Origin: Vitrella brassicaformis CCMP3155
Lineage: Eukaryota; Protista; Chromerida
NCBI GenBank assembly: GCA_001179505.1
Contig: CDMY01000185.1
Coordinates: forward strand, 112,044 to 176,043
Reading direction: 5' to 3'
Length of the DNA: 64,000 nucleotides
Part shown: one piece after another, positions 1-12,027 of the stretch
Layout: each line of letters opens with the position of its first letter
Numbering within the stretch: the stretch's first letter is position 1
Notes under the pieces: generated by a model
What the model saw: the letters and a program-made list of their open reading frames with translations, nothing else
Told to the model about the DNA's origin: nothing
The model's database searches: none
Made by a program: the position numbers and the translations under genes

Positions 1-216
1 GTAGAAGCCGACACCGAATTCAAGCGTTTGCTTGAGGGCCTGCAGACACGCAGACAGAGAGAGAGGGTGGTGTCATTTCGATGGTTCCGTGTGTGGCTAT
101 GTGGGGGTGGAGGGGGGGTGATCAGACAGTACGAATAAGGAGGCTTCAGTGTGTGTGTGCACTCAGATATATGCTTGTCAAGTTGGGTTGTCTCCATCCC
201 TTCACCCACCCCCCCC

Positions 217-251
<35 letters not shown>

Positions 252-2886
252 TGTCCCCTCTTGCGCACCTTCTCCCTGGCGCCTTTGATCTGGTTGGCCA
301 TGACGTCGTCCGGCACGTGCAGGAACCTCTTTGGCTTGTCGTCAGCGGCAGCCTGCAGCAGCAGGTCGATCGCCGTCAGCCGGCACTGCTTCCTGCAACC
401 ACATAGTCAGGTGATCACGGAGAGAGAGATGTCAGGTGTCCATGTGTGTGGATGGTGGCAGGGCCGAGTAAGGGGTACTGACTGTACCTGTCAGCCACAA
501 AGATGATGACAGGTTTGTCGGGCGACTTGGTCTTGATGGCCTGGTAGACGGTCTTGCCCATTGCCAGCAGGCGGCTGCCGCGGTAGTACATGTCGAAGCC
601 TGACAGAACAAATCACACCACATCACATCACACAAGCCATGTGGGTTGGTTGCGGCGACACTGCTCGTCGCACAGACGCACCGTAGATGGCGATTTCCAG
701 GGGGACAGTGCGGATGTTGGGGCCAAAGTTGAAGAGGTTGGTGCTGCCCGCGCCGATCCACTCAGCCACATCCTGTGACAGTGACAGGAAGACACACACA
801 CATCGGTGGAGTGGCATCCCTCCATCCATCCATGGCTGTGTGTGGCGGCACCGCACCTTGGCGTTGGACAGAGAGCATGCCAGTCCGAGTATGCGGATAG
901 ACTGGTTCGTCTGGGCGGAGATGTACCGCATACGCGACACGCACACCTCCATCGTCGGGCCGACCTGTGTGTGAGTGAGTCGCACACAGACAGCATCCAT
1001 CGTAAGGGGGTGGGGGTGGGGGTGGATGGTGTTCCGGTCTCTCTCTCTCTCTCTGTGTGTGTGTCTCACTTCGGAGTCCAGCAGCTGCAGCTCGTCCGCA
1101 ATGAACAACCGCAGCTGCGTCGCCACCTTCTTGCTTCGCCACCTGCATACACACACACACACACACATACACACACGAGCCCTCAGACACACATCCCAAG
1201 ACGAAGTGGTGGACCTTCGTGAGATGAGGTCCCATTTGTCGGGTGTGGTGATGAAGATGTGGGACTGCTCGAGTATCTTGAGGTCGGTGTTGAGGTCCCC
1301 CGTCGGCTCGTTGACCCGCAGCCCCAGCTTGCCGAACTTGGCGGACCACTCGGCGAAGCGCTCGCGGGCCGTCAGCTCGTAGGGCGCCATGTATACGCAG
1401 CGCTTCAAACCTGCACACACACACACAGAGAGAGAGAGATCGATCGATGCATCCATCCATCCATCCATTGTCCGGTGGTGGGAGGGAGTATACCATCGCC
1501 TTTGAGCATCCGGAGGATTGCGAACTCTGCGCAGATGATTTTGCCGGCGGCCGGTGAGGCGCAGATGAGGACGTTGTCGCCGGAGCTGTAGAGCGACGAG
1601 AAGACCTGTGTCTGTATGGGGTTGAAGAACTTGATGGACGACGAGTAGAGGGCCTCGGCCTCGGGGAACCGCAGAGCTGTCACGGGCAGCGGCTGCAGGT
1701 CCAGCAACTCTGAAGGACACAAGGACACACAGAAAAAGGTGTGATGCTTCCATTGTTCCTCTCTCTCCCTCTCTCTCTCTGCGTGTGTGTGTGTGTGTGT
1801 GTGCTGCATGCCTGTGTGAGGCGGGTTCTTCTCAGGCAGGATGAGGCTCTTGAAGGACACCGGCAGCAGTGACTCGGCGTGCAGCCACCGGTCGGAGACC
1901 ACCCGGATGAAGTACTGGGGCGGCAGGGGGTCCATCACGGGCACCGTGAAGTTGACTGTGTGCTCCTCCTCCACACCTCGCTGGGTCAGCAGGAAGATCT
2001 ACACACACACACACGGGGAGCTTTGGTATGTGTTTGTTGCCGTGGTCTCTCTCTCTCTCTCTCTCCGTTGCATGCCTCGTGGTGGAGGATGGTCTCGCCG
2101 TCGACATCCTCGACAAAGATCCAAAAGGGCTCGGCAGTGCCGTGAATCTGACCACCACACCGCCACACACACACACACCACCCATCCGCACAAACCACCA
2201 CACACCACACCCACTGGCCGGCACCGAATCCGAATGCCGAATGCTCACCTTGGGATCCCACTGGAAGTCCGGCGTGATGGTGAGCTCCACCAGCAGACAC
2301 GACCGTGTGATGGGCTGGACGTACGCCGAGAGGTCGAGCTTCGGGAACTGGTGGATGAATCTGTGGATCTTCTTGCCCAGGTTGGGGAGGCGCAGGAGCT
2401 CGCCGATCTCGGTGGACGAGAGGTCGTAGTACCGCTCCCATGAGAAATCCTTCTTCTCCATTTTGCGCAGGATGGGCTCCTCCAGGTTGAACTGCCGCAT
2501 GGGCGTCATCGAGGCCCACATGCGCTTGTCGATCATCTTGCAGAAGGAGAGAGCCCGGTGGGCGAGGGCGGCCCAGCCACGCTTGAGGCAGATCTCGTAT
2601 ATGGCTCGCATAATCCGGCCGGCATTCTGCTGCACGTAAACCTGAGTAGACACTCCACGCAGCAGGGAGGGCACGTGTGTGGCTGGGCTGGCTGGTTGTG
2701 CCGTTCGTTTGGTCTTTGGCTGGCTGACCATACCATGTCCGCCATGAGTGCGAATCCCTCGAGCTTGAGCTTGGAGATGTAGGCCTGGAGCAGCACGTTG
2801 ACCTTGGACGAGGCCGTCTTTTCCTCCATCGAACCCTTCACCGGCACAGGCACCTGTCACACCACACAACACAGGACACAGTCGTC

Positions 2887-2923
<37 letters not shown>

Positions 2924-4645
2924 TGTGTTTGTGGTGGGGGGATGGGTACACACCCGCTCGACGAGCTTGAGTAGCTCGACCTTCTCCTCCTCTCTCACAG
3001 GGATGTACTTGAACTCATTGGAGAGGGAGAACAGACGCAGCAGCTCGATGTCAGACATCGACGGCTGATGGACACACACACAGAAAGGGACACAGAGAGA
3101 TAGGGACGCCATGAGGGCGGCTCATTATGGGCGGATTTGTTTGTGTGTGTGCGCCTGCCTTGAGGTGCTCGTTGAAAGCGGCGATGGTGGGGTGCTTGAT
3201 GTAGTAGTGAGAAGCCACCTGACCTAGTGTGGTCGACTGCACACACATACACACACACACAGACACACACACCGCGGGAGACAAAGAGAATACCACCAAA
3301 TCCCTCACCCACCGCCCACCCAAATCCACTCACCGCCACGTTGCCCGTCCGCTTGTCGTACTTGATGAGCTGGTGCTTGTCGAGCAGCATCAGGGCCGAG
3401 TGCACCAGGTCAGTCCGCCGCTGCAGCAGCAGGTCGTCCTCCTGCTTCTCCTCCTCGGTGAAGCCATAGAGCGGCGGATTGCGGTACATCCGCACGTAGA
3501 GGTACGTGTAGCCCAGCCAGTTGACGGCATCGGCTCGCGACTGGATGGTGCCTGCGTCAGACACACACACACACACACACAGAGGGGTGTTTGTGGGGTG
3601 GGTGCTGGTAGGTGTACCTAGGACGATTTCGGCGTTGAGGATGTCTGGGAGCAGTGAGATGAGCTGCGACTCGATGGGCAGCTGCTGGTTGTTGAGCGAG
3701 AGGTAGTACTGCAGCTCGGACTGGTTCGTGATGATGATGCCGTGACCTGCACACACACACACACACACAGGCGTGCACCACCCCACCCCCTGTGCCTCCC
3801 TCTGCACGCACCTTCTTTGTCGAATTGCGGTCTGCCGGCTCGTCCCATCATCTGCATGATGTCCATGGGCGACAGCTCCGACCAGGCGCCCTTCTCGGGC
3901 ATGTACACCTGAGTGCCCTTGATAATGACGGTGTGGGCGGGCAGATTCACACCCCACGCCAGGGTCGACGTCGAGACCAACACCTACCCCACCACACACA
4001 CACACACGTGACAGAGAGGGAGGGAGGGAGAGAGAGAGAGAGAGAAGGCGTGTGTTGTGTGTACCGACCTGTATGTGTCTGTCGTAGAAGAGGTCCTCGA
4101 TGAGCTTCCTGTCCTTGCGGGAGAGGCCGGCGTGGTGGATGCCGAACCCGTAGGGCAGCAGCTCCTTTATCTCGGGCGTCTGCATGTCCTCCGCCTCGGC
4201 CTGCAGCACCTCCCGAGACGCCGGACTGTCCTGCAGGAACCGAGCCAGCGTGTCGTTCTGCATTGCCAAGTCGCGGATGGCCCGGGCCGTCTTGGCTGAT
4301 AGATACGTATCGTCACACACGCACACACAGGGACAGACTGAGAGAGGGGGGGAGGGGGAGGGGGTGTTCGCGTGTGAGGCTCACCGGTTTCCTTCCTCGA
4401 GTGGACAAACACTAGGACCTGTTTCTTGCCGGCCTTTTCCATGACCTTCTCGTAGGTGACCTCGTTCATGGTGTTGAACCGCTTGATGGCCTTCTTCTCC
4501 TTGACACCGATGTACTCCTGCTCCAGCGGGACGGGCCGGTAGTGCGCCCCGAAGTGATAGAGGCCCTTCTTGATGTCCACACGCATGAAGACGGCCACGT
4601 CCTCGTAGTTGGGCAGAGTGGCTGAGAGGCCCACCTGCACACACA

Positions 4646-4681
<36 letters not shown>

Positions 4682-7600
4682 CAGGGACAGAGGGAGGGGT
4701 GTGTGTGGTTGTGCGGTGGAGGAGGGCGGTGGGGAGGGAGGGATTACCAGTCTGATTCGCTCCTGGCTGGTCTCGATTTGCCTGATGGTGCGCGCCACGA
4801 TGGACTCGAGCACCGGGCCTCGCGAGTCGTGCAGCAGGTGGACCTCGTCGATGATGATCAGCCGCACCAGCTGCGTGTAGGTCCTGTCCCCTGCTTTCCG
4901 GGTGATGATGTCCCACTTCTCTGTGAGATGAGATATGCACACACACACACCGTTCGTTCCTTGCTGGTGGGCGTCCTAGCCAGGCCTAGCTGACACACTT
5001 ACCAGGTGTGCAGACGATGACCTGCGTCTCGTCGATTTGGGCACGGGTGAGCTGCACAACACAACACACATGCCGAATCTATCCTTCCTGGAACACCCTC
5101 GCTGTGCCATCCCACTCCGGTGAGCTCCTTACCGAGACGTCACCGGTGAGCTCCCGCACAGTGATGCCGTAACACGCTGCACACACACACAGACGTCACC
5201 GCAACAGCGTGAGCCCTTCCCTGCTGGCGGGGTGTGTCTCTGTGGGNNNNNNNNNNNNNNNNNNNNNNNNNNNNNNNNNNNNNNNNNNNNNNNNNNNNNN
5301 NNNNNNNNNNNNNNNNNNNNNNNNNNNNNNNNNNNNNNNNNNNNNNNNNNNNNNNNNNNNNNNNNNNNNNNNNNNNNNNNNNNNNNNNNNNNNNNNNNNN
5401 NNNNNNNNNNNNNNNNNNNNNNNNNNNNNNNNNNNNNNNNNNNNNNNNNNNNNNNNNNNNNNNNNNNNNNNNNNNNNNNNNNNNNNNNNNNNNNNNNNNN
5501 NNNNNNNNNNNNNNNNNNNNNNNNNNNNNNNNNNNNNNNNNNNNNNGGGGGGTGCCCCTGCCCTGGCTGGCTCTTTTCACTTTACCCAGTCTCGAGCTGA
5601 AGCTCTGCACCTGCTCGGCGACCAAAGCCTTCATCGGCGCTGTCACACACACAAGCAGCACACAAGCACACAAACACACATCGTGGCCTTGTCCCTCCCA
5701 CTGCTCTGCAGGTAAGTGATGTGACATGACGAGTCCGTGCTCACAGATATAGATGATCTTGAAGTTGTTGAGGTCGATGCTGCCGTCGCTGAGGCGGTAG
5801 TTGCCGATGACGTTGAGCATGGTGAGCATGGCGACGTTGGTCTTGCCCGAGCCCGTGGGGGCGCAGACCAGCATGTTCTGGTCGTACTGCTGGAAGGCGC
5901 AGTCGGAGACGCGGCTCTGCACGGGGTTGAGGCTCTTGACGTCAAACTTCTGGAACGGCGCCTGCGCCCACTCGGGCAAAGTGGAGATCTGTCCACCATA
6001 CACACACGAGAGAGAGATGACTTGCGCAGAGAGGCAGTGTGTGGTTTGTGTGTTTCTCACCGGCACAAGGGTGCTTTCGTCGATCTCTGGCGGCTTGTAC
6101 TGCTTGACATGAACCTCGTCATAGCTCTGGTGTTGCGTGACAACGACACGGACATCACCCACACAGGCGTGTTAATGCCACGAAAACATCCCCCGTCTGT
6201 CTCTTGCACTGCACACCTTCTTCTCGAGTCTGAAGGAGCCCTCCGGCAGTTTGCACCGCTTGTTGGCCATGAAGTGACCCCCCTGGGCGAAGGCAATGGT
6301 GTCGAGGTCCACCACGTGGGTGGGCTTCTTCATGTCCCCCGCATCCACTGCCGCCAGCGCTCCACCGATGCCCTCACCTGCATCAAACACACATCTCGCA
6401 TCGCAAATGCCCTCTCTCTCCGGGTCTCTCTCTATCCCTCTGTGTCCGGCCGCGGCAGCTGACTGACCTTCGTCGGCCTGTCTGGCGGCCTGTCCGGCCT
6501 TCTCGCCCAGCTTGGCAGCCTCCTTCCTGACGTTGCGCCTGAACTCCTCCTCCTTGTTGCGTCTGAGGTTGACCCGCTCGAGCTGCTCGAGCACCTCCTG
6601 GCCCTCGGGCGTGGCTCGCATCTCCTCGTGAATCGCCTGGATGACACACAGGGGCCCAGAGAGACAGAGAGAGAGGGTGCGTGCGGCTGCGGTGTGTGCG
6701 TGGGGGCGTACCGCTTTCTCGTCGTTGGACTGCGCCTGCCCGAGTCGCGTGCAGTAGAGGAGCTTCCACCTGTTCTTGAGGATGAGTTTGGCAAAGTCGA
6801 AGTTCTCGTACTTGAGGATGAAGACCAGCTTGTTCTCGCACTCTTGCAGGTCAGGGGTCGACAAGATCGACAGTATCTGTGGCACACCACACAGACCACA
6901 CACATCAAACAGGGGAGGGTCTCTCTCTCTGTCTGTCTGTCCGTCTGGTGTGATGTGTGTGTGTGTGTGTTGGTCACCTCCTTCTCTGTGGCGACGATGA
7001 CATTGGGGTCGGTGTAGAACTTGCCCAGCTCGCGCTGCAGCCAATGCGAATCAATCTTGGCTGCACACCGACACAGGCAACACACAGGCAGAAAGGTGTG
7101 TGGGTGTGAGGTGTGGTGTGGTGTGTGGTGGGCATGGCAAATGTCTGTGTGCTCATTGTGCGAGGGAGAGAGACACTTACAGACGTCGAGGCTGTACTTG
7201 TCCCCCTCCTTGATCACATCCTCCTCGTCCTCATTGATGCGCGCCTCCAAGTGCTAAACAAACGGGACAGTCCATATCAACACACACACACAAACACACA
7301 CACACACACACATCCATCCAGCCATCATGCGTCTGTGTCGATGGACGATGCACACAACACACGCATACCCACCCGTCGTTCGGTCTCCTCCCCGAGCGCC
7401 TCGTCGTCCTCATCGCCCTCCTCCTCCTCATCGATCTCATCGAAGTCGGCGTCCTCGGCCTCCTTCATGGCCTCATCCTCCTCGTCAAACACCACGGCCA
7501 CTCCCGTCGGATCGTTCAACTGGCTCTTGGACAACGCTGCACACCACACCACACCACACACCACACCAGACACCAGACGGCGGGAAGAGGTTTGTGTGCT

Positions 7601-8495
7601 GTTTGTGTGGATGACGCGGTGCGGTGTGTGTTACCTGACTCCTCCATAGCGACGTCCTCTCCCTCTGCGTGGAAGTCGGTGACCTGTTTGGACATCTGGT
7701 AGAGGGCCGTGAAGGTGTCTTCGTCGAGCTTGCCCATGACCTCCTCGCAGTTTTTCTTGCGCTCCACGTCGCGAATATTGTCAGTCTTCAGTGCCGCGAG
7801 CACCTCGTCTGCCGCGCCCCGCAGGACGTCCTGCGGCTGGTCGCCGAGCTGCTGCTGGATCTTGGCCAGGAGCTGCTCGTAGACGGCTTTGGTCTGCCGT
7901 GTGGTGGGGCGGTAGATCATGGTCTCCGTCACGTCGGCACTCAACACGGTCTCGCCCTTGGTGATATCCTGAACGAACCAACCACACACACACACACACA
8001 CACACCACACTCAGGACACGGCAAATGCTTCCTTCCGCTGTGTGTCTTGTCTCCCCTTCCCACAGACTGACTGACCAGTTTGGTCTTCTTCTTGGTGAAG
8101 GCCTGCTTTGCCTTCTGCTCGTCGCGCTTTCTCTTCTTCTCGAGTCGTTCCTCCAGCTCCTTGGGCCGCTCCCGGCTGATTTTGTCGCCCATGCGGTGCT
8201 TGAGACGACCCACCAGCGACTCAGGCTCGCCCGTCGGCTCATTCTGGTTCGGACCTGGACCTTCTCGCTGAAGCACCAGGTTCGAGTTCTGATCGATCAT
8301 GAGACACACACACAAGCAGCAGGAGGACAGACAGACAGCTCACCACCGATGTTGCTGTGAATGTGTGCTTTGTGTGTGTGTGTGAGTGCGTGACTGTCTT
8401 GTCTGTCTGTCTCATGCGATGAATGTGCGTGCGAGTGCCCGGCTGCTCACCTCGCGATACTCGAACCGCTTGAATCGCTCGTACTCGTCCGCCAT
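1..8495 (-). CDS. BRR2: U5 snRNP 200 kDa helicase Brr2, 5' portion, more than 30 exons, runs off the left edge
   Basis: Spliced start [15 protein letters not shown]|[10 protein letters not shown] (ATG at 8495). First cassette carries motifs [47 protein letters not shown] and [12 protein letters not shown], followed by a Sec63 region. Second cassette carries FNPIQTQVF and FIADELQLL. Confidence 0.98.
1710..1811 (-). other. GC-AG intron in BRR2
   Basis: CACACAG|gcatgc...ccttcag|AGTTG joins PPHT|ELLDLQPLP, the conserved Brr2 segment. The intron body is (CA)n(GA)n. Confidence 0.9.
1999..2075 (-). other. GC-AG intron in BRR2
   Basis: CACGAG|gcatgc...gtgtag|ATCTTC joins ILHHE|IFLL. No GT lies near the required junction. 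Confidence 0.9.
3065..3158 (-). other. GC-AG intron in BRR2
   Basis: CTCAAG|gcaggc...catcag|CCGTCG joins NEHLK|[13 protein letters not shown]. The only in-phase GT would insert 17 residues into the conserved domain. Confidence 0.88.
5247..5546. other. Assembly gap (300 N) inside a BRR2 intron, flanked by G runs
   Basis: Flanking exons join as [17 protein letters not shown], so no coding sequence appears to be lost. Confidence 0.9.
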
Positions 8496-8655
8496 CGCTG
8501 CGCCGAGTTCGTCGCCGCTGTGCTTCTTGCCTTTATGCTATGATCACGCTTCTGGCTGATGTCGGGCGGTTGTCATATCAACCGCAGGCTGAGATCTCTC
8601 GTCCGCTGCGCCGTCTGAGCTGCAGCGCTTTCGATTTGGTCTGTGTGACTCAATC

Positions 8656-8688
8656 AAAAGCTCGCAGGGTTCGCGAGCTTAGCTCGCA
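8656..8688. promoter_or_regulatory. Cluster of three AGCTCGC motifs upstream of BRR2
   Basis: AGCTCGCA at 8659 and 8681, reverse GCGAGCT at 8673, 160-190 bp upstream of the BRR2 ATG. The same motif recurs in other 5' flanks. Confidence 0.5.
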
Positions 8689-8760
8689 GAAGGGGCCAAG
8701 GAAGGAGAAAGGAGGAAGGAAACGGGGCAAAAGAAGGCCAGCACGACCTGGATCTATTGG

Positions 8761-9545
8761 ATGAGTCTTCTACCAGCGTCTTCAGCCATGGATGGAATTC
8801 ATTGCCAGGTGGTGTGCCATCATGGTATTCCTCCCTTGCTTTGCAGGATGGCATGGCTGGCTCTGGAATTCATTGCCTGCGGCCCCGGCTGTCAGTTCAG
8901 GTGTGCCAATGAGCTGACGTACCCGGCCGTTCTTTGCACCTCTTGTGCGGATAGATCATCATGACCCTCACCGAGTCTGACGGAGAGGGCGTCGACTGGG
9001 TAAGACGACACACACAGACAATCACACAGACAATTACCTGACTCGTGTGATTGGGGCTACCTCTGACGCCAGACGGCATTGCCTGACGAGAGAGCTCTTA
9101 GCGGCATTGCCTGACGCCAAGGTCAGCCTAGGGGAAGGGGGCGGCGTCTGTGGAAGTCGGCAAAATGCCTCGTCCTTCCTTGTCTGTGTGTTGATGTCCT
9201 GTTTCGCCAGGCCAGATTGACGATCTCCGAGATCCGCACAAGTGGCATGCATATACAGCGCCAAAGACAACACCGTCTTCCGCAATCGAGAGCTGTTGAC
9301 GCCCTTCCCACTCAACGCTGGGGGCTTCCATCTGAACATGCACCACCTGAGTCGCCTGCCCAGGAGCACCACAGCGGCGTGCGTGCTGCTAGTCTGGCCG
9401 TCTGTCCGCCGACGTCCTCTACGTGGACAAACACTTCTGGTGAATGACGGCAGCGGTGAGGTTCCCGGTTGTCGTTGGCCACGGCTTCACTTACGAGGGG
9501 GTTGCGCCTGAGTTGGGATGGCTGGACGAGTGGGTGTGCATATGA
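8761..9545 (+). pseudogene. Probable decaying spliced gene of unknown product, head-to-head with BRR2
   Basis: Canonical introns at 8809-8846, 8901-8954, 9000-9072 and about 9121-9210. Codon-biased segments QIDDLRDPHKW, IYSAKDNTVFRNRELLTPFPLNAGGFHLNMHHL and SADVLYVDKHFW*MTAAVRFPVVVGHGFTYEG lie in shifting frames, with an in-frame TGA at 9441. Confidence 0.4.
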
Positions 9546-10241
9546 TGCATTGGGCGCGGGAGGGGGTGGGCGGGTGTATGTGTGTGCTCGATGGATGAAT
9601 GCCTGTTGATCGCTCGATGGATGAATGCCTGTGTGTGCTCGTGGGGGCTGTGTGGTGGTAGTGGATGTGCACTAGCGCTTACGTCACATTCATGTCTACA
9701 GCGTGTTGGTCGGTGTGTTGAGTGTATTCTTGAGCGGAGACCCTTAATTGTAGAGCCGTTCGTTCCATTCAAGCAAACTAACTATTACCAGCAGTCAGTG
9801 GTCAACAAATGCACAAATGCACAAATGCATGCACGAAGGCACAGAACGTCTAACCCCCACAGACATACCTACACTAGTGTTCGCATCACAGGCCAGAGCA
9901 GACGAGCAATGATCATCGACTGCACTCACAGACACGACACAATACAATACAATACACATAGCTTCGGCAGTAAGCCCTCCTTCCCATCTTTGCAGTCGGT
10001 AGGTAGGTACGTCCCACCAAAGAGGCACACGCAGACGGGCACACTCTCATCCACACCCATCACAGTGCATTCTGAGTCACTCACTCCGTGCATTCATTCT
10101 CCACTAGCGCAAGAGCACCCCAGCCACACCTGTACAGCAAACCCGCCCACATGGTTGAAAACGAACGAAAGCCCACTCAACGAACGTCTCACGTGTGTCG
10201 GTCGCTCACCCAGCTGTGCTTCCTTCCTGCGTTATCTATCA

Positions 10242-10886
10242 TCACATTCTCTGCCTTGCTGTCGTTGTCGTCGACGGCAGCTTCTGGTTGGTGTCTGCGG
10301 GCATGTTGCTCATGGGAGGGACACCCTCCGCCGTGACCCTCTGGCGGCCGCTGCGATCGCTCTCCAGGGCCGCCAGACGACGGTCAAGCTCTGCACACAC
10401 CACACAGGACCTCCCATGCACCATGTTGCCCTCCCTCCCCTCTCGCCCACCGTTGACTTTGCGCTCGAGTGCAGCAAATTGGATCGCGTCGGCTCTCGAC
10501 GCCTCGTCGGCGGCAGGAGCAGCTGCACGACGAGGCAGCACCATCGTCGGCTGTACGTCGTACACACAATCAGTATGTGGCCTGTTGTCTTGTGTCCTCC
10601 CTAGCTGCTGCAATCAAGCACGTACCTTGCCCGGCAGCAACTTGTCCACCGTCGACTTGAAACCCTTCGGACCCTCGGCGGCGAGTTGATAGACGCACAT
10701 CACCCTGAGCGTCGAGTCGTTCTTGAGCGCCCGGATCTTCGCCTCAGGGTTGGTGAAGTTCCCCTTCTCGATCTCCTCGCGCCACTGCTTCTCCGCCCAC
10801 GCATACCGTCTGTTGGTCACACGGTATGTCGTCAAAGGGGGACTCCAATCGGAGCCATATCGAAGGAAATGCGCAATCGCCCACAT
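10242..10886 (-). CDS. Small hypothetical protein, paralog A (3 exons)
   Basis: MWAIAHFLRYGSDWSPPLTTYRVTNRRYAWAEKQWREEIEKGNF...LLPGK|PTMVLPRR...ERKVN|ELDRRLAALESDR...ARQRM*. GT-AG introns, and amino-acid conservation with paralog B. Confidence 0.65.
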
Positions 10887-11151
10887 TCCCTTCTCGAAGA
10901 GCGGGAGAGGGGAGGAGATGGAGAGGGGCACGAACTTGGTAGCTCGCAAAATCCGGGCTAGGGTGATACCTGAAACCGCTCCGGGCGATCCCACCCCCGG
11001 CCCTTCATGGCCGCCGGCTCCATGTGGTTCGCCAGGGAGTCATGTGAGCCGGTCATCATGCGTGCGATCGGTCGATCGGAGTGTGATCGTGCGTGGCCAG
11101 TGTAGCATGATCGGACTCGCAAAAGACTCGGAGGGGGGGGGGGGGGGGGGG

Positions 11152-11451
11152 NNNNNNNNNNNNNNNNNNNNNNNNNNNNNNNNNNNNNNNNNNNNNNNNN
11201 NNNNNNNNNNNNNNNNNNNNNNNNNNNNNNNNNNNNNNNNNNNNNNNNNNNNNNNNNNNNNNNNNNNNNNNNNNNNNNNNNNNNNNNNNNNNNNNNNNNN
11301 NNNNNNNNNNNNNNNNNNNNNNNNNNNNNNNNNNNNNNNNNNNNNNNNNNNNNNNNNNNNNNNNNNNNNNNNNNNNNNNNNNNNNNNNNNNNNNNNNNNN
11401 NNNNNNNNNNNNNNNNNNNNNNNNNNNNNNNNNNNNNNNNNNNNNNNNNNN
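11152..11451. other. Assembly gap (300 N) between poly-G tracts
   Basis: About 19 G to the left and about 25 G to the right of the N run. Confidence 0.9.
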
Positions 11452-12027
11452 GGGGGGGGGGGGGGGGGGGGGGGGGAAGGTCCCCGTAAACGAAACCACC
11501 ACCACACCATGGCAATAGAGATGACTGTAGAAGAATGAGTTGCCCTCCTCCGTCGGGGGGTCGGGACTCGCTCGTTCGCCGCGTCAGGAAGTGCATGCAA
11601 AGCCCCCAAGCTCGCATGGCCCTCGAAAGATGGTGCCGAATGAAAAAGTCTCGAGGCCCCAAAATGGCCCCAATTACAAAGAACACGAACTCGGGTAAGA
11701 GCGTGCCTCGCTCGCTAAAAGCTCGCGAGTGAATCGATGAAGGACGACTCCTGCAATCAAGGAGGGAGGGTATCACACGTGACGGTGGTGTCCGTGGCCA
11801 CGTCCCTACCCTTGTGGGCAGGTCATGGCGGCTTCTCGGCTGCTTCATTGAATCGCACTGACAACACACACACACACACACACACACACAGTGATGAGAG
11901 GCCGGCCCCTGCCGACGAGTGACGAGTGTGTATGTGTGTGTGTGTGTGTGCTGGTTTTATCCACACGCAGTAAGTGTAGTTGTGTGTGTTGCGTTATTGT
12001 GCAGGGTTGCCCTGCGTGTGGAGACCC

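Larger units (their letters stand above)
9750..11535. repeat. Diverged segmental duplication, copy A (partner about 12028-13104)
   Basis: Shared blocks: gtagagcc..ttccattcaa..actattaccag (9750/12028), gcgcaagagcaccc...aacgaacgaaagcccactcaa (10107-10180/12217-12292), the coding exons, and an exact 28-mer catggcaatagagatgactgtagaagaa (11508/13077). Confidence 0.85.

Noticed and set aside
5247-5546. Possible missing BRR2 exon in the gap
   Set aside because: The exons on either side join without loss of conserved residues.
10228-10255. Putative 28-29 nt GC-AG introns near the ends of paralogs A and B
   Set aside because: Both unspliced frames stop at homologous positions (ARQRM*, ARQRKG*). A 5-nt indel between the copies breaks frame conservation downstream.
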